DNA from: Fidelibacterota bacterium
GTDB lineage: Bacteria > Fidelibacterota > Marinisomatia > SCGC-AAA003-L08 > JACNLC01
DNA length: 64,000 nt
Assembly (NCBI GenBank): GCA_014381725.1
Contig: JACNLC010000050.1
Span: 10,125 to 74,124 of the forward strand
Direction: 5' to 3'
A program made the translations under genes and the position numbers. Numbering within the stretch: position 1 is the first letter of the stretch; each line of letters opens with the position of its first letter. Below the pieces are notes generated by a model. It was given only the letters and a program-made list of their open reading frames with translations, was not told where the DNA came from and did no database searches. This document shows positions 30,055 to 39,106 of the stretch, in pieces.

Positions 30055-31092
30055 TCATTTATCCTTAAAAATTCTTTTAATTTCTTTATCAAAATCGCTT
30101 TCAAAAAGTTTGTCTTGTACTATGCGGTATTTTTCAAACTCGCTTTCGGCCTTGTCTTTGGCTATTTCTGCTGATATACTTCCTGCACTTTTAAGCACAG
30201 CTCTATCATCATATTCTAAAAACAAATCAAGTCGTTTTGCCCAATCTTGCATTGTCATTGGAATGTTACGTTTTGCTCGTACTTCTGCTAAATCCAAATA
30301 AGCATTTACAATTCGTCCTAATTCTTCCAGTTCATCTTTTGAAAGATAATTTTTAGCAATAGAAACATCTGTTTTTAGGATTTTCCCTTCAGGGCTATTT
30401 TTCCAAGATGATAAACCCATTTTATCTTTCGTACTATCGGCTCTTTTGTATATTAATTCAGCGGCTGTATGTTTGTGTACACCATAATGCAGTTTATTTT
30501 GCACTTTTGCAAAAAACTCACGAGTAGTATGGGCATCTTTGTTATAATCAAAGCTGGTAGCATAAATATCTGTTACTTTTTGATAAAACTTACGCTCACT
30601 TAATCTTATCTCTCTTATTTCAGCGAGTAGCTCTTCAAAATAATTTTCGTTCAGGTAAGTACCATTTTCCAAGCGTTTTTTATCCAGTACAAAACCTTTT
30701 ATTGCAAACTCTCGCAACACTTTTGTAGCCCATTGCCTGAATTGTGTGGCTCGAATAGAATTAACTCTGTACCCAACCGAAATGATAGCATCAAGATTAT
30801 AAAATGCTACAGTTCGTTTTACATTTCTGTTACCTTCTTTTTGAACTATTGGGAATTTCCCAATAGTTGATATTTCATCTAACTCGTTATTTTTGTAAAT
30901 ATTTTTTAGATGTTCGTTTATAGTGCTAATATCAACTTCAAAAAGTTCTGCAATAAGTTTTTGAGTTAGCCAAATAGTTTCATCTTCATAACGAGCTTCA
31001 ATGCTATTTTCACCCTCCTGAGAAGTAAATATCAAAAATTCGGCTGTGCTATTGCGGATTAACTGCTGATCTTTTTTTGATTTATCTGGCAT
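30055..31092 (-). CDS. rhuM: Virulence RhuM family protein
   Basis: ETIWLTQK..AELF, YNLDAIISVGYRVNS.RATQFRQWAT, EIREIRLSERKFYQK; start MPDKS. Confidence 0.9.
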   Translation of the reverse strand: MPDKSKKDQQLIRNSTAEFLIFTSQEGENSIEARYEDETIWLTQKLIAELFEVDISTINEHLKNIYKNNELDEISTIGKFPIVQKEGNRNVKRTVAFYNLDAIISVGYRVNSIRATQFRQWATKVLREFAIKGFVLDKKRLENGTYLNENYFEELLAEIREIRLSERKFYQKVTDIYATSFDYNKDAHTTREFFAKVQNKLHYGVHKHTAAELIYKRADSTKDKMGLSSWKNSPEGKILKTDVSIAKNYLSKDELEELGRIVNAYLDLAEVRAKRNIPMTMQDWAKRLDLFLEYDDRAVLKSAGSISAEIAKDKAESEFEKYRIVQDKLFESDFDKEIKRIFKDK

Positions 31093-31093
31093 A

Positions 31094-31288
31094 TTATTTC
31101 CTCTTTTTTCGGGTTTTCTTTTCTTTGGCAAACAAAGCACCTTGTTCTTTTTCTTCTGCCATCATTTTTTCGTAGAATTTAAACAAATACTCCAATCGCT
31201 CTTCATCGCTATTAAATTGTGTGCTTCGATAACATTTTTCAATGATTATATCGTTTTGGCGATGTGCTTCACGCAGACCTTCAGGCAT
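31094..31288 (-). pseudogene. C-terminal remnant of an MmeI-like (type IIL) restriction-modification enzyme
   Basis: MPEGLREAH..ND..IEKCYR...F.SDEERLEYLF..YE resembles the MmeI/YeeA C-terminal tail; the rest of the gene is absent. Confidence 0.7.
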
Positions 31289-31610
31289 TTTAAGGTCGGA
31301 TTTATTTGACTTTCAATATTCATAATGTATTATTTAGCTCATAAAAAGACTCTTTTTAGCTCAAATGAATCAATTATTGAGCGACATTCTCTACGCTAAT
31401 GAGCTGTAATATCTGTATATACAACATATAGCATTTATTTTTTCTTATGTATAAATTGTCATACCCCGTCTTGTAGTTACTTATGAGTTTTTTGTTCAAC
31501 TTGTAAAACTCATCAAAGTTGCTTTGTTTAAGTTTAACACTATTATTTTTGTGATTCCAAATGTTTTTTAAGGTTTGCCAGTCAAATTTACACACATGGC
31601 ATCCACTTTC

Positions 31611-31639
31611 GTGCAAATTAAAACAAAAGAGTATAAAAT
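31611..31639 (+). promoter_or_regulatory. Sigma70-like promoter facing CRISPR repeat B
   Basis: GTGCAA-N17-TAAAAT. Confidence 0.5.
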
Positions 31640-31686
31640 AATTATTATCTATAATCGTAACTGTCCACAGGAAAGCATTTTTAAAA

Positions 31687-31722
31687 GTCTAAGACTGAAA
31701 TGAAATTTCTACTGTTGTAGAT
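31687..31722 (+). CRISPR. Solitary type V-A (Cas12a) CRISPR repeat B
   Basis: 36 nt GTCTAAGACTGAAATGAAATTTCTACTGTTGTAGAT; 3 differences from repeat A, all outside the 3' handle. Confidence 0.9.
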
Positions 31723-31829
31723 TGTAACAGTTTGTAACAGTTCCCGTATTTCGTTGGATTTTACAAGATTGTTAGTTAACTTCGAAGTTGTATCTATGTA
31801 TATAAATTAAGCTTTAAAAGGAGAATGTT

Positions 31830-34800
31830 ATGTTATTCATAAAATCATCACTAAACCGCTTAGTAACTATTGTTTCTATTATTTTTATGATGTCTTTTGC
31901 TTCTACGCAAGATTGGATAGAGCTTTCAATAGATGTCAATCCTGATAATCCCACAATAAACGACGAAGTTACAATTACAATTAGCGGATTGACTCCGTCT
32001 AATTTAGTCGAAGCAAATTCAACTTTTGCTATAGATGGTAATCATATATTCATTTTGACTAATGTTTACATCGGGAATTATGATATTGTTGAAGAGTTTG
32101 AAGTCAGTAATGAAATTGGGAATCTGTCATTAGGAGAATTTCAAATTATGGTTACTGCAGATTATTATCAATATGACCCTAACGGAAACGCTGAACCAAT
32201 ATTCACAATTACAGGGGAAGAGCATTTTCAAGTTATTGACCCTGAGCCACTAACAGGGGTTTTTGGCAATGTGTGGGCGACAAATGATTGGGGAATTGAA
32301 ATGCCAGTTCCTGGCGCTACTATTGAAGCGTTGTTGGAAAATAGTGAAACTGACCCCGTATTCTTTACAACAACAAACGAAAACGGTTACTACGAATTGC
32401 AACTCGAACCGGGGTTTTATACGGTTACTTGCTCTAAAGAAGGATTAATTCCTCAATCTGAAGGCATTGAAATTGGTAATGCTCCAGCTCAGTTAGATTT
32501 TATGCTTGAGCATTCTTACAACACTCATTGGATTTCTGGAACAGTTTTTGGGTTGGGAGAAAATGATCCTGATAATCCAAATGAGCCATTTCCTCTTCCT
32601 GGAGCATTAGTAGAATTATTGGGATTACTAAATGGTGAATGGGCATATATTTGGGAAACGGAAACAAATGAAATTGGATATTACGAAGTTCCAATAATGG
32701 AATTTCCTGCGATTTATGATGGGTTGGCACTTAGATCTTCTACAGAAGGATATTATCCTCAGTTACAAGAAATTATACATGATGATACTGAGTTTCCAGT
32801 TATTATGGATTTTTACCTCGAACCAATTAGTGATTTTGAAGCATATCTGTTAGGACATGTTTATTCAGCATCAGACGATGCAAGTAATATGTTTCCAATT
32901 GGCGAAGCACATGTAGAAATATTTGATAATAATTCATCGGATCTTTACGCTGATACTTTCACAGATGAAACAGGATATTATGAATTTGGTGAAATTGCTA
33001 GTTCGGCAACTTGGATTAGAGTTAGTGCAATTGGTTATGTAACTCAAGAAATGGAAATACCTCAAATTGATTGCAATACAGGACGATGTTGGCCAATTAC
33101 GATGGATTTTTATCTTGAGCAAAATGAAGAAACCATTGTTTTCTTGCACGGTTTGGTTGGGACTTATAGTGAAAACGGTGAGATGATTCCAATTGAGGGT
33201 GCTTATATCGCTGTGCCGGAAGAAGCGGGGAATTATTTTCATACAACGACCGATACCGATGGTTTTTACGAAATGGAATTCCCGTGGATGTGGAACGGTC
33301 CAATCACAATTATTTGCGAAGCAGATGGATATTATACTCAATCTGTAACAGTTTTCCCTGAAGATAATTCTCTCGAAATCGAACAGAATTTTATTTTAGA
33401 ACCGTATCAAGAACCGGGGGAGGGTGTTTTAGCAGGATTCGTAACAGCACAAATTTCTCCAATGGGGCCGGAATTCCCAGTAGTTGGTGCAATAATGGGT
33501 GCAACCCCAACCTGGGGACCTGAGCCGTGGCTTGAAACATCAACTGATGAAAATGGTTACTACGAGATAGAACTTTGGGCAAACCAAGCCCCTTGGCATG
33601 TATTTTGCACAACAGAATATGGCAGCCAAGAAGAGTTTGCTGTAATTCAGCCAAATGAAGTTACGGAATTGAATTTTCACTTCAATGCGTGGGAACAGGA
33701 ATTTCCACCACCGTTCGATTTAACTGCAACATTAATGGACGATGAAGCGGCTGTTTATCTTCATTGGCAATATGAATATGATTTCCCAGGCAGTGAATTG
33801 ATGCACTTTAATGTTTATGCAAATTTAGGTGAAGATTCTGACATCCCTTGGCTATTTATAGGCACTGCAGAAGAAACAAATTTTGTACATTATCTAATGA
33901 CACCAGGAGAAAATATAACCGGTGAAATTTGCTATAAAGTTACAGCTGTTGAACTTGACACTAATCTAGAAACAGAACCAAGCAACATCGCTTGTGTAAC
34001 TCTAGATCCACCTGAAAATAGTGTTTTATATGGACATGTAACCGGTGGCTCTTGTTGGGAGTGTGATGATTGGCACGATTTGGCTGGTGCAACTATAACA
34101 GTATTTGCTGAAAATAGTGATATTGTTTTTGGTGTAGCAACAGACGAAGAAGGAAATTATGAACTTGAATTGCCTGCTGGTTACTATGTTGTAACAGCAG
34201 AACATCCTGAGTTTCCATCACAGACTCATACAATTCACATTGAACCAAATACAGAAAACGAACTTAATTTCATTCTGTTGTTAGAGAATGGATTTAGTCA
34301 GCTGTTCGGAAATGTAATTTGGCAAACTCCTAACGGTAATCAACCCATAGCTGATGCACATATCATTGCGTATCCCGATAGCGTTAACTCTGGATTTGAA
34401 GCATTTAGTAACGAAAATGGACATTATGCTATGGAAGTAACTGCAAATACTCATTATTTTGTGGTTTGCTCTTTTTCTACTGCTGAAATGGAATGGTCCC
34501 AAACTCAAGAGATTTTTGTGGGATATGAGCCATCCGAGCTTAACTTTATCTTTGGTGAAGAGCCACCAATGGAAGCAAGTATATTCGGATTTGTTGGAAT
34601 TGCCGCACCAAACGGAGATGTAGAGCCTGTATCTGGAGCTCAAATAATCGCAACTTGTTCAGAAAGTGGTGAAATATACGAAGCAACTACAGATGAAAAC
34701 GGCCATTATGAAATGCTCGTTTTCCCGAATAGTTTATATGTTGTTTCGTGTCAATTAGAAGGAGTTACTCAATCTCAAGAAGTTTTCGTTCATGAAGCAC

Positions 34801-36872
34801 CAGTGCAAATTACTTTCATTTTTGGCGAAGAGCCACAATTTGGTTTATTAACAGGCAATGTGCGATCTGTCTGCGATTTGCCAGAATGGTGGGACTGTCC
34901 ACCTATTTCTGGAGCATTGGTTTATGTGCATAATGCAATGTTTGAAACGGAAATCCATACAAATGATGAAGGTTATTTCGAGGTAATGCTACCTCCTGCT
35001 GGTGGTTATAGTAGTTACCAGTTACATGTTATGGCAGAAGGATTTGAGGATTATCATTATTCAGATTTGATAGAAATCTATCCTAATCAAGAAACTCATG
35101 TGGATATCAATATGTCGCCACTTTATGAAAATAATGGTTCTATCTCTGGTTTCGTTTACCAAGAAGAAACGGATTCTCCAATTCCTGGAATAGAAGTCAA
35201 TTTATTTGGTGAAGATAATTGGTGTGGATACAATACTACAACAGATGACAACGGATATTATTTTATTGAAGATATATGTTCAGGCCAATATACAATTGAA
35301 GTTTTTGCTGATGGCTATGAACACTACGAACACGAACATATAATGATTTATCCAGGCGAGGAAACGAATTTTGATGTTTTCTTAACTCCAATATCAGATT
35401 ATCCAGACTGGGTAGTTGATGTTCATGCTTATGAGTTTAACATGGCATTGGCTGGATTGCTTTATTTTGACGGTGAAGAATCATTCGATGAAAATGATTT
35501 ACTAGGTGCGTTTGTAGGAGAGGAATGTCGCGGAGTTGCTCAACCAACATACTTCCCATTAACAGAACGATACACTGTTAACATGATGATTTACAGTAAT
35601 CTGACAGAAGGGGAATTAGTTTCATTTAAAGCATTTGATAATTCAGAAAGTATTGTTTATGAGAATGTAATCGAAGCGTTGGAATTCCAAGCAGATGGTA
35701 TTATTGGAAATGACCTTGAGCCATTTGAAATTCATGCTGTTTCAACGATTACGATGAGTATGGAATATTCTGAAGGTTGGAATTGGTTTTCTTTAAATCT
35801 GATTAATGAAGATATGTCGCTTAACACGGTTTTGGAATCGCTTGGTAGTAACGCAAGTTTTATCAAGAATCAAGATGGTTATGCAAATTATTATGATGAT
35901 TATGGTTGGTATGGACTGGAAACATTTGATTCGATGAGTATGTATATGATTTTGGTTAATGCTTCAACTGGATTTGCGTTTGACGGGTATCCTATTAATC
36001 TTGAGGAAAATTACATTCCTTTGTCCGAAGGATGGAATTGGATAAGTTATTTTCCACAACATTCTTTAAGCTTAGACGATGCTCTTAATAGCATTGAGCC
36101 AAATGGTGTTTTTATTAAAAATCAGTTTGCTTATGCAAATTACTACGCATATTATGGTTGGTACGGATTAGAGGTGATGGAGCCGGGCGGAGGGTATATG
36201 TTGCTTGTGGGAGAAGTTTCTGAGCTCATTTATCCGACCCCTTTTATTAGGTTATCAAAAACAGATAAGCACAATAACTACAATTGGACTGTTAACCCAC
36301 ATCAATACGAGTACAACATGGCCTTGACTTGTATAGTAGAAAATGGTGATGATTTTGTTGTTGCGGCTTTTGTGGGAGACGAAATTCGTGGTGTAGCTAA
36401 ACCTACCTATTTCCCTCCGGAAAACAGAAATACAGTTAATTTAACGATCTATGGAAGTGCTATCGGTGAAGATATATCATTCAAAATATTTGATGAAAAC
36501 ACTAACGAAGTTTTTAATGTGCTCGAATCAATTGAATTTGAAATTAACGGAATAATCGGAGATGATTTTGAACCGAAACTATTAAGAATAAAACATGAAA
36601 TCCCAACGGATTTTGTTCTAAATCAAAATTATCCTAATCCATTTAATCCTGTTACGACGATCAGTTATCAACTACCAACTGATGTAAATCTATCTGTTTC
36701 TGTCTTTGATGTTCAAGGCAGAATAGTTGATAATCTTGTGGAAATGTCAATGCAAAAGGCTGGCTATCATTCTGTTGTCTGGAATGCAGAAGGCTTTGCG
36801 AGTGGACTTTATATTGTTACGATTGAATCAGATAAATATTTTACTACACAAAAAGTACTATTGATGAAATAA
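31830..36872 (+). CDS. Giant secreted protein with many carboxypeptidase-regulatory-like beta-sandwich repeats and a T9SS type A sorting domain
   Basis: AAGGAG RBS; about 9 repeats of G.V..P..GA.I..T(D/N)ENGYYE; duplicated (A/Q)YE(F/Y)NM and GWNW(F/I)S modules; NYPNPFNP..SGLY..KVLLMK. Confidence 0.85.
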   Translation: MLFIKSSLNRLVTIVSIIFMMSFASTQDWIELSIDVNPDNPTINDEVTITISGLTPSNLVEANSTFAIDGNHIFILTNVYIGNYDIVEEFEVSNEIGNLSLGEFQIMVTADYYQYDPNGNAEPIFTITGEEHFQVIDPEPLTGVFGNVWATNDWGIEMPVPGATIEALLENSETDPVFFTTTNENGYYELQLEPGFYTVTCSKEGLIPQSEGIEIGNAPAQLDFMLEHSYNTHWISGTVFGLGENDPDNPNEPFPLPGALVELLGLLNGEWAYIWETETNEIGYYEVPIMEFPAIYDGLALRSSTEGYYPQLQEIIHDDTEFPVIMDFYLEPISDFEAYLLGHVYSASDDASNMFPIGEAHVEIFDNNSSDLYADTFTDETGYYEFGEIASSATWIRVSAIGYVTQEMEIPQIDCNTGRCWPITMDFYLEQNEETIVFLHGLVGTYSENGEMIPIEGAYIAVPEEAGNYFHTTTDTDGFYEMEFPWMWNGPITIICEADGYYTQSVTVFPEDNSLEIEQNFILEPYQEPGEGVLAGFVTAQISPMGPEFPVVGAIMGATPTWGPEPWLETSTDENGYYEIELWANQAPWHVFCTTEYGSQEEFAVIQPNEVTELNFHFNAWEQEFPPPFDLTATLMDDEAAVYLHWQYEYDFPGSELMHFNVYANLGEDSDIPWLFIGTAEETNFVHYLMTPGENITGEICYKVTAVELDTNLETEPSNIACVTLDPPENSVLYGHVTGGSCWECDDWHDLAGATITVFAENSDIVFGVATDEEGNYELELPAGYYVVTAEHPEFPSQTHTIHIEPNTENELNFILLLENGFSQLFGNVIWQTPNGNQPIADAHIIAYPDSVNSGFEAFSNENGHYAMEVTANTHYFVVCSFSTAEMEWSQTQEIFVGYEPSELNFIFGEEPPMEASIFGFVGIAAPNGDVEPVSGAQIIATCSESGEIYEATTDENGHYEMLVFPNSLYVVSCQLEGVTQSQEVFVHEAPVQITFIFGEEPQFGLLTGNVRSVCDLPEWWDCPPISGALVYVHNAMFETEIHTNDEGYFEVMLPPAGGYSSYQLHVMAEGFEDYHYSDLIEIYPNQETHVDINMSPLYENNGSISGFVYQEETDSPIPGIEVNLFGEDNWCGYNTTTDDNGYYFIEDICSGQYTIEVFADGYEHYEHEHIMIYPGEETNFDVFLTPISDYPDWVVDVHAYEFNMALAGLLYFDGEESFDENDLLGAFVGEECRGVAQPTYFPLTERYTVNMMIYSNLTEGELVSFKAFDNSESIVYENVIEALEFQADGIIGNDLEPFEIHAVSTITMSMEYSEGWNWFSLNLINEDMSLNTVLESLGSNASFIKNQDGYANYYDDYGWYGLETFDSMSMYMILVNASTGFAFDGYPINLEENYIPLSEGWNWISYFPQHSLSLDDALNSIEPNGVFIKNQFAYANYYAYYGWYGLEVMEPGGGYMLLVGEVSELIYPTPFIRLSKTDKHNNYNWTVNPHQYEYNMALTCIVENGDDFVVAAFVGDEIRGVAKPTYFPPENRNTVNLTIYGSAIGEDISFKIFDENTNEVFNVLESIEFEINGIIGDDFEPKLLRIKHEIPTDFVLNQNYPNPFNPVTTISYQLPTDVNLSVSVFDVQGRIVDNLVEMSMQKAGYHSVVWNAEGFASGLYIVTIESDKYFTTQKVLLMK

Positions 36873-36890
36873 CCAAAATAATTCTGTTTC

Positions 36891-36920
36891 AAAGGGGGCA
36901 ATTTATTGCCCCCTTTTTTT
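36891..36920 (+). terminator. Rho-independent terminator
   Basis: AAAGGGGGCAAT..ATTGCCCCCTTTTTTT. Confidence 0.88.
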
Positions 36921-37086
36921 GATTCAGTAATCCATTAAGTAATACCTGTAATACGCCTAATAGACCCCTAACCATATATATAACAATAAGTTAGTAGTTG
37001 TATCTAAATTTATAATTATTTCGTAATATTTCCACAATTTGTTACAGAGTAATTGCATTCGTAAGTCTTTCATTGTAGTTTTAGGC

Positions 37087-37172
37087 AGTTCCAAAATCAG
37101 TTCCTTATATACACTCCTTCAAGGGAACGCCAATCGGGGTCTGCAGCGCCGTCCCATGTAGACCCCGATTTT
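37087..37172 (+). ncRNA. Candidate ~85-nt small RNA
   Basis: TTGCAT-N17-TAGTTT upstream (37053-37081); hairpin GTTCCTT/AGGGAAC with ACTCCTTC in the loop; 14-bp GC-rich terminal stem plus T run. Confidence 0.5.
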
Positions 37173-37221
37173 CTATAAAACTTTCTTCTGAATATTTGTA
37201 CTATTTACACTAAATTAAAAT

Positions 37222-37695
37222 ATGTTCAAATTACATCAAAATGTGTTAATCAAGGCAAATAATGAGGTCGTTTGGTCTTTTATGGAAGACTTTTCTCGTA
37301 GTCTATCATACAATCGTTTTCATCGACAAATTGAATCAACACCTGGGATGGCAAAGAGAGTAAATGATATATTTTATATTCAACACCGTTTTCTGTTCCG
37401 TACCCATCCGATGAAAATAGCTATAAATGATTGGAATCCAAATGAATCATTTACGCTAGATGAAAAAACAGAAAAAGAAAAACCAGGTCTTAATCACCGT
37501 ACAACTTTTTCTCTTTATCCAGAGGATAATTTTACCACTTTGCAATATTCACTTGAGTGTAATACAGAAAACTATCTAATCGATATTTTTTGCAAACCGA
37601 TATTTAAAGCAGCAATGATTGAAGAACTATTAAAAATAAAAAACGCCATAGAATCATCTGTTACTACCCATTCTCAGAGCTTTGAACCGATATAA
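37222..37695 (+). CDS. SRPBCC/polyketide-cyclase-like protein
   Basis: I.A..E.VW.F..D pattern, size, C-terminal helix EL..IK..IE. Confidence 0.55.
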   Translation: MFKLHQNVLIKANNEVVWSFMEDFSRSLSYNRFHRQIESTPGMAKRVNDIFYIQHRFLFRTHPMKIAINDWNPNESFTLDEKTEKEKPGLNHRTTFSLYPEDNFTTLQYSLECNTENYLIDIFCKPIFKAAMIEELLKIKNAIESSVTTHSQSFEPI

Positions 37696-37742
37696 CAAGC
37701 TCTTTTATTCTACTTGCTAACTGATCACAAAAGAAGATAATT

Positions 37743-38678
37743 TTGAACATGGTTTATAGAATGATATTTGTAATTTCGATTTGTTTTTTTCTAACTTGCG
37801 CTGAGAATAATCCAAATGGTTTTAATTACATTAATGAAGAGTTATCAGAAATCACACCTTTCGGTTCTGATTCAACTCTGGATATCATAACTTGGAATAT
37901 AGAAAATTTTCCAAAGCAATACGGCACAACTACAGATTACCTTTCAAAAATTATTTACGAACTTCATGTTGATATTTTGGCTCTACAAGAGATTGAAAGT
38001 AGTTCTTATTTTGATCAACTGATTGATGATATAAATGATACAGACTCTTTAAAAACTTGGTATGGTTTTAGGGCAAACTCAGCTGGCTGGAATCTTAATC
38101 TGGCATTCATTTACACTTCAGAAATTGACATTGAAGATATTTCTGAAATACACTCATTAGACAATGATTATCTGCTTCGAACCCCTTTGATGTTGACTTT
38201 TAGTTGGAACGGAAATGATATTTGTATCATCAACAACCATTTCAAATGTTGCGGCAATGGAACAATAGACAATTATAGTGATGATGAAGAATTTATACGC
38301 CAACAAGCAAGTATTTCTCTAAAATCATATATTGACACATATTTACAAAACGAAAATGTAATTGTTCTTGGAGATTTTAATGACGAAATACAAGATGCAG
38401 AAGAACAAAATGTGTTTTGGAGTTTTATTGATGATTCAGATAACTTCGTATTTATAGATATGGAAATAGCTGCAAACATACAATCTGATTGGTCTTATCC
38501 TACTTGGCCAAGTCACATTGACCACATTTTAATAACTAACGAACTTTTTAACGAGTTCGAAAATTCTTCATCCGATGTTCAAACAATATTGGTTGATAAG
38601 TTTTTTAATAATTGGTCGGAATATGATAGCTATATTTCTGATCATCGCCCGGTTGGACTAAAATTAAAATTTGACTAA
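37743..38678 (+). CDS. Endonuclease/exonuclease/phosphatase-family lipoprotein
   Basis: TWNIE, LQEI, NHFK, GDFND, IDHI, SDHRPV. Confidence 0.9.
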   Translation: MNMVYRMIFVISICFFLTCAENNPNGFNYINEELSEITPFGSDSTLDIITWNIENFPKQYGTTTDYLSKIIYELHVDILALQEIESSSYFDQLIDDINDTDSLKTWYGFRANSAGWNLNLAFIYTSEIDIEDISEIHSLDNDYLLRTPLMLTFSWNGNDICIINNHFKCCGNGTIDNYSDDEEFIRQQASISLKSYIDTYLQNENVIVLGDFNDEIQDAEEQNVFWSFIDDSDNFVFIDMEIAANIQSDWSYPTWPSHIDHILITNELFNEFENSSSDVQTILVDKFFNNWSEYDSYISDHRPVGLKLKFD

Positions 38679-38680
38679 TT

Positions 38681-39106
38681 CTAAATCTGTTCTATAATCG
38701 AGTTATAAAATTCGATATCTTTTGGGTGTGTGAGTAATTTCGTAACTTCATTCTTTACTACCCATCTTGCTTCGGGATTTTCCTTGTCTTTTGGTTGTAA
38801 TTTTGTTTGCGATGTTTTGAACAAGAATATATATATTGTCTTAAATTCAGATAAATCATTATTTCCGTCTAATCCAATTCTATACCTTTTATATGAACCC
38901 AACTCTTCTATTAATTCAAGCTTATCTACACCGGATTCCTCATAAATTTCTCGTCGTGCTGCTTGGATTTTATTTTCACCAGCATCAATATGCCCTTTCG
39001 GCAAGGACCATGAAGTCCCGTGCTGGCTAACTACCAAAACTTCTCCGTTTGGATTTAACACTACTCCACCGGCACTATGAGTATTGTTGATGTTGGAACT
39101 ATTCAT
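38681..39106 (-). CDS. NUDIX hydrolase
   Basis: Nudix box PKGHIDAGE..AARREIYEESG. Confidence 0.9.
   Translation of the reverse strand: MNSSNINNTHSAGGVVLNPNGEVLVVSQHGTSWSLPKGHIDAGENKIQAARREIYEESGVDKLELIEELGSYKRYRIGLDGNNDLSEFKTIYIFLFKTSQTKLQPKDKENPEARWVVKNEVTKLLTHPKDIEFYNSIIEQI

Larger units (their letters stand above)
31424..31722 (+). repeat. Leader-repeat unit B (299 bp direct repeat)
   Basis: About 93% identical to 29678-29975. Confidence 0.92.

Noticed and set aside
29940-31722. Conventional CRISPR array with the intervening 1.7 kb as a spacer
   Set aside because: The leader is duplicated along with the repeat, and no repeat recurs at ~65-bp periodicity after either copy
36975-36995. 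IHF-like site TAACAATAAGTTA
   Set aside because: Single imperfect match in AT-rich DNA with no supporting element
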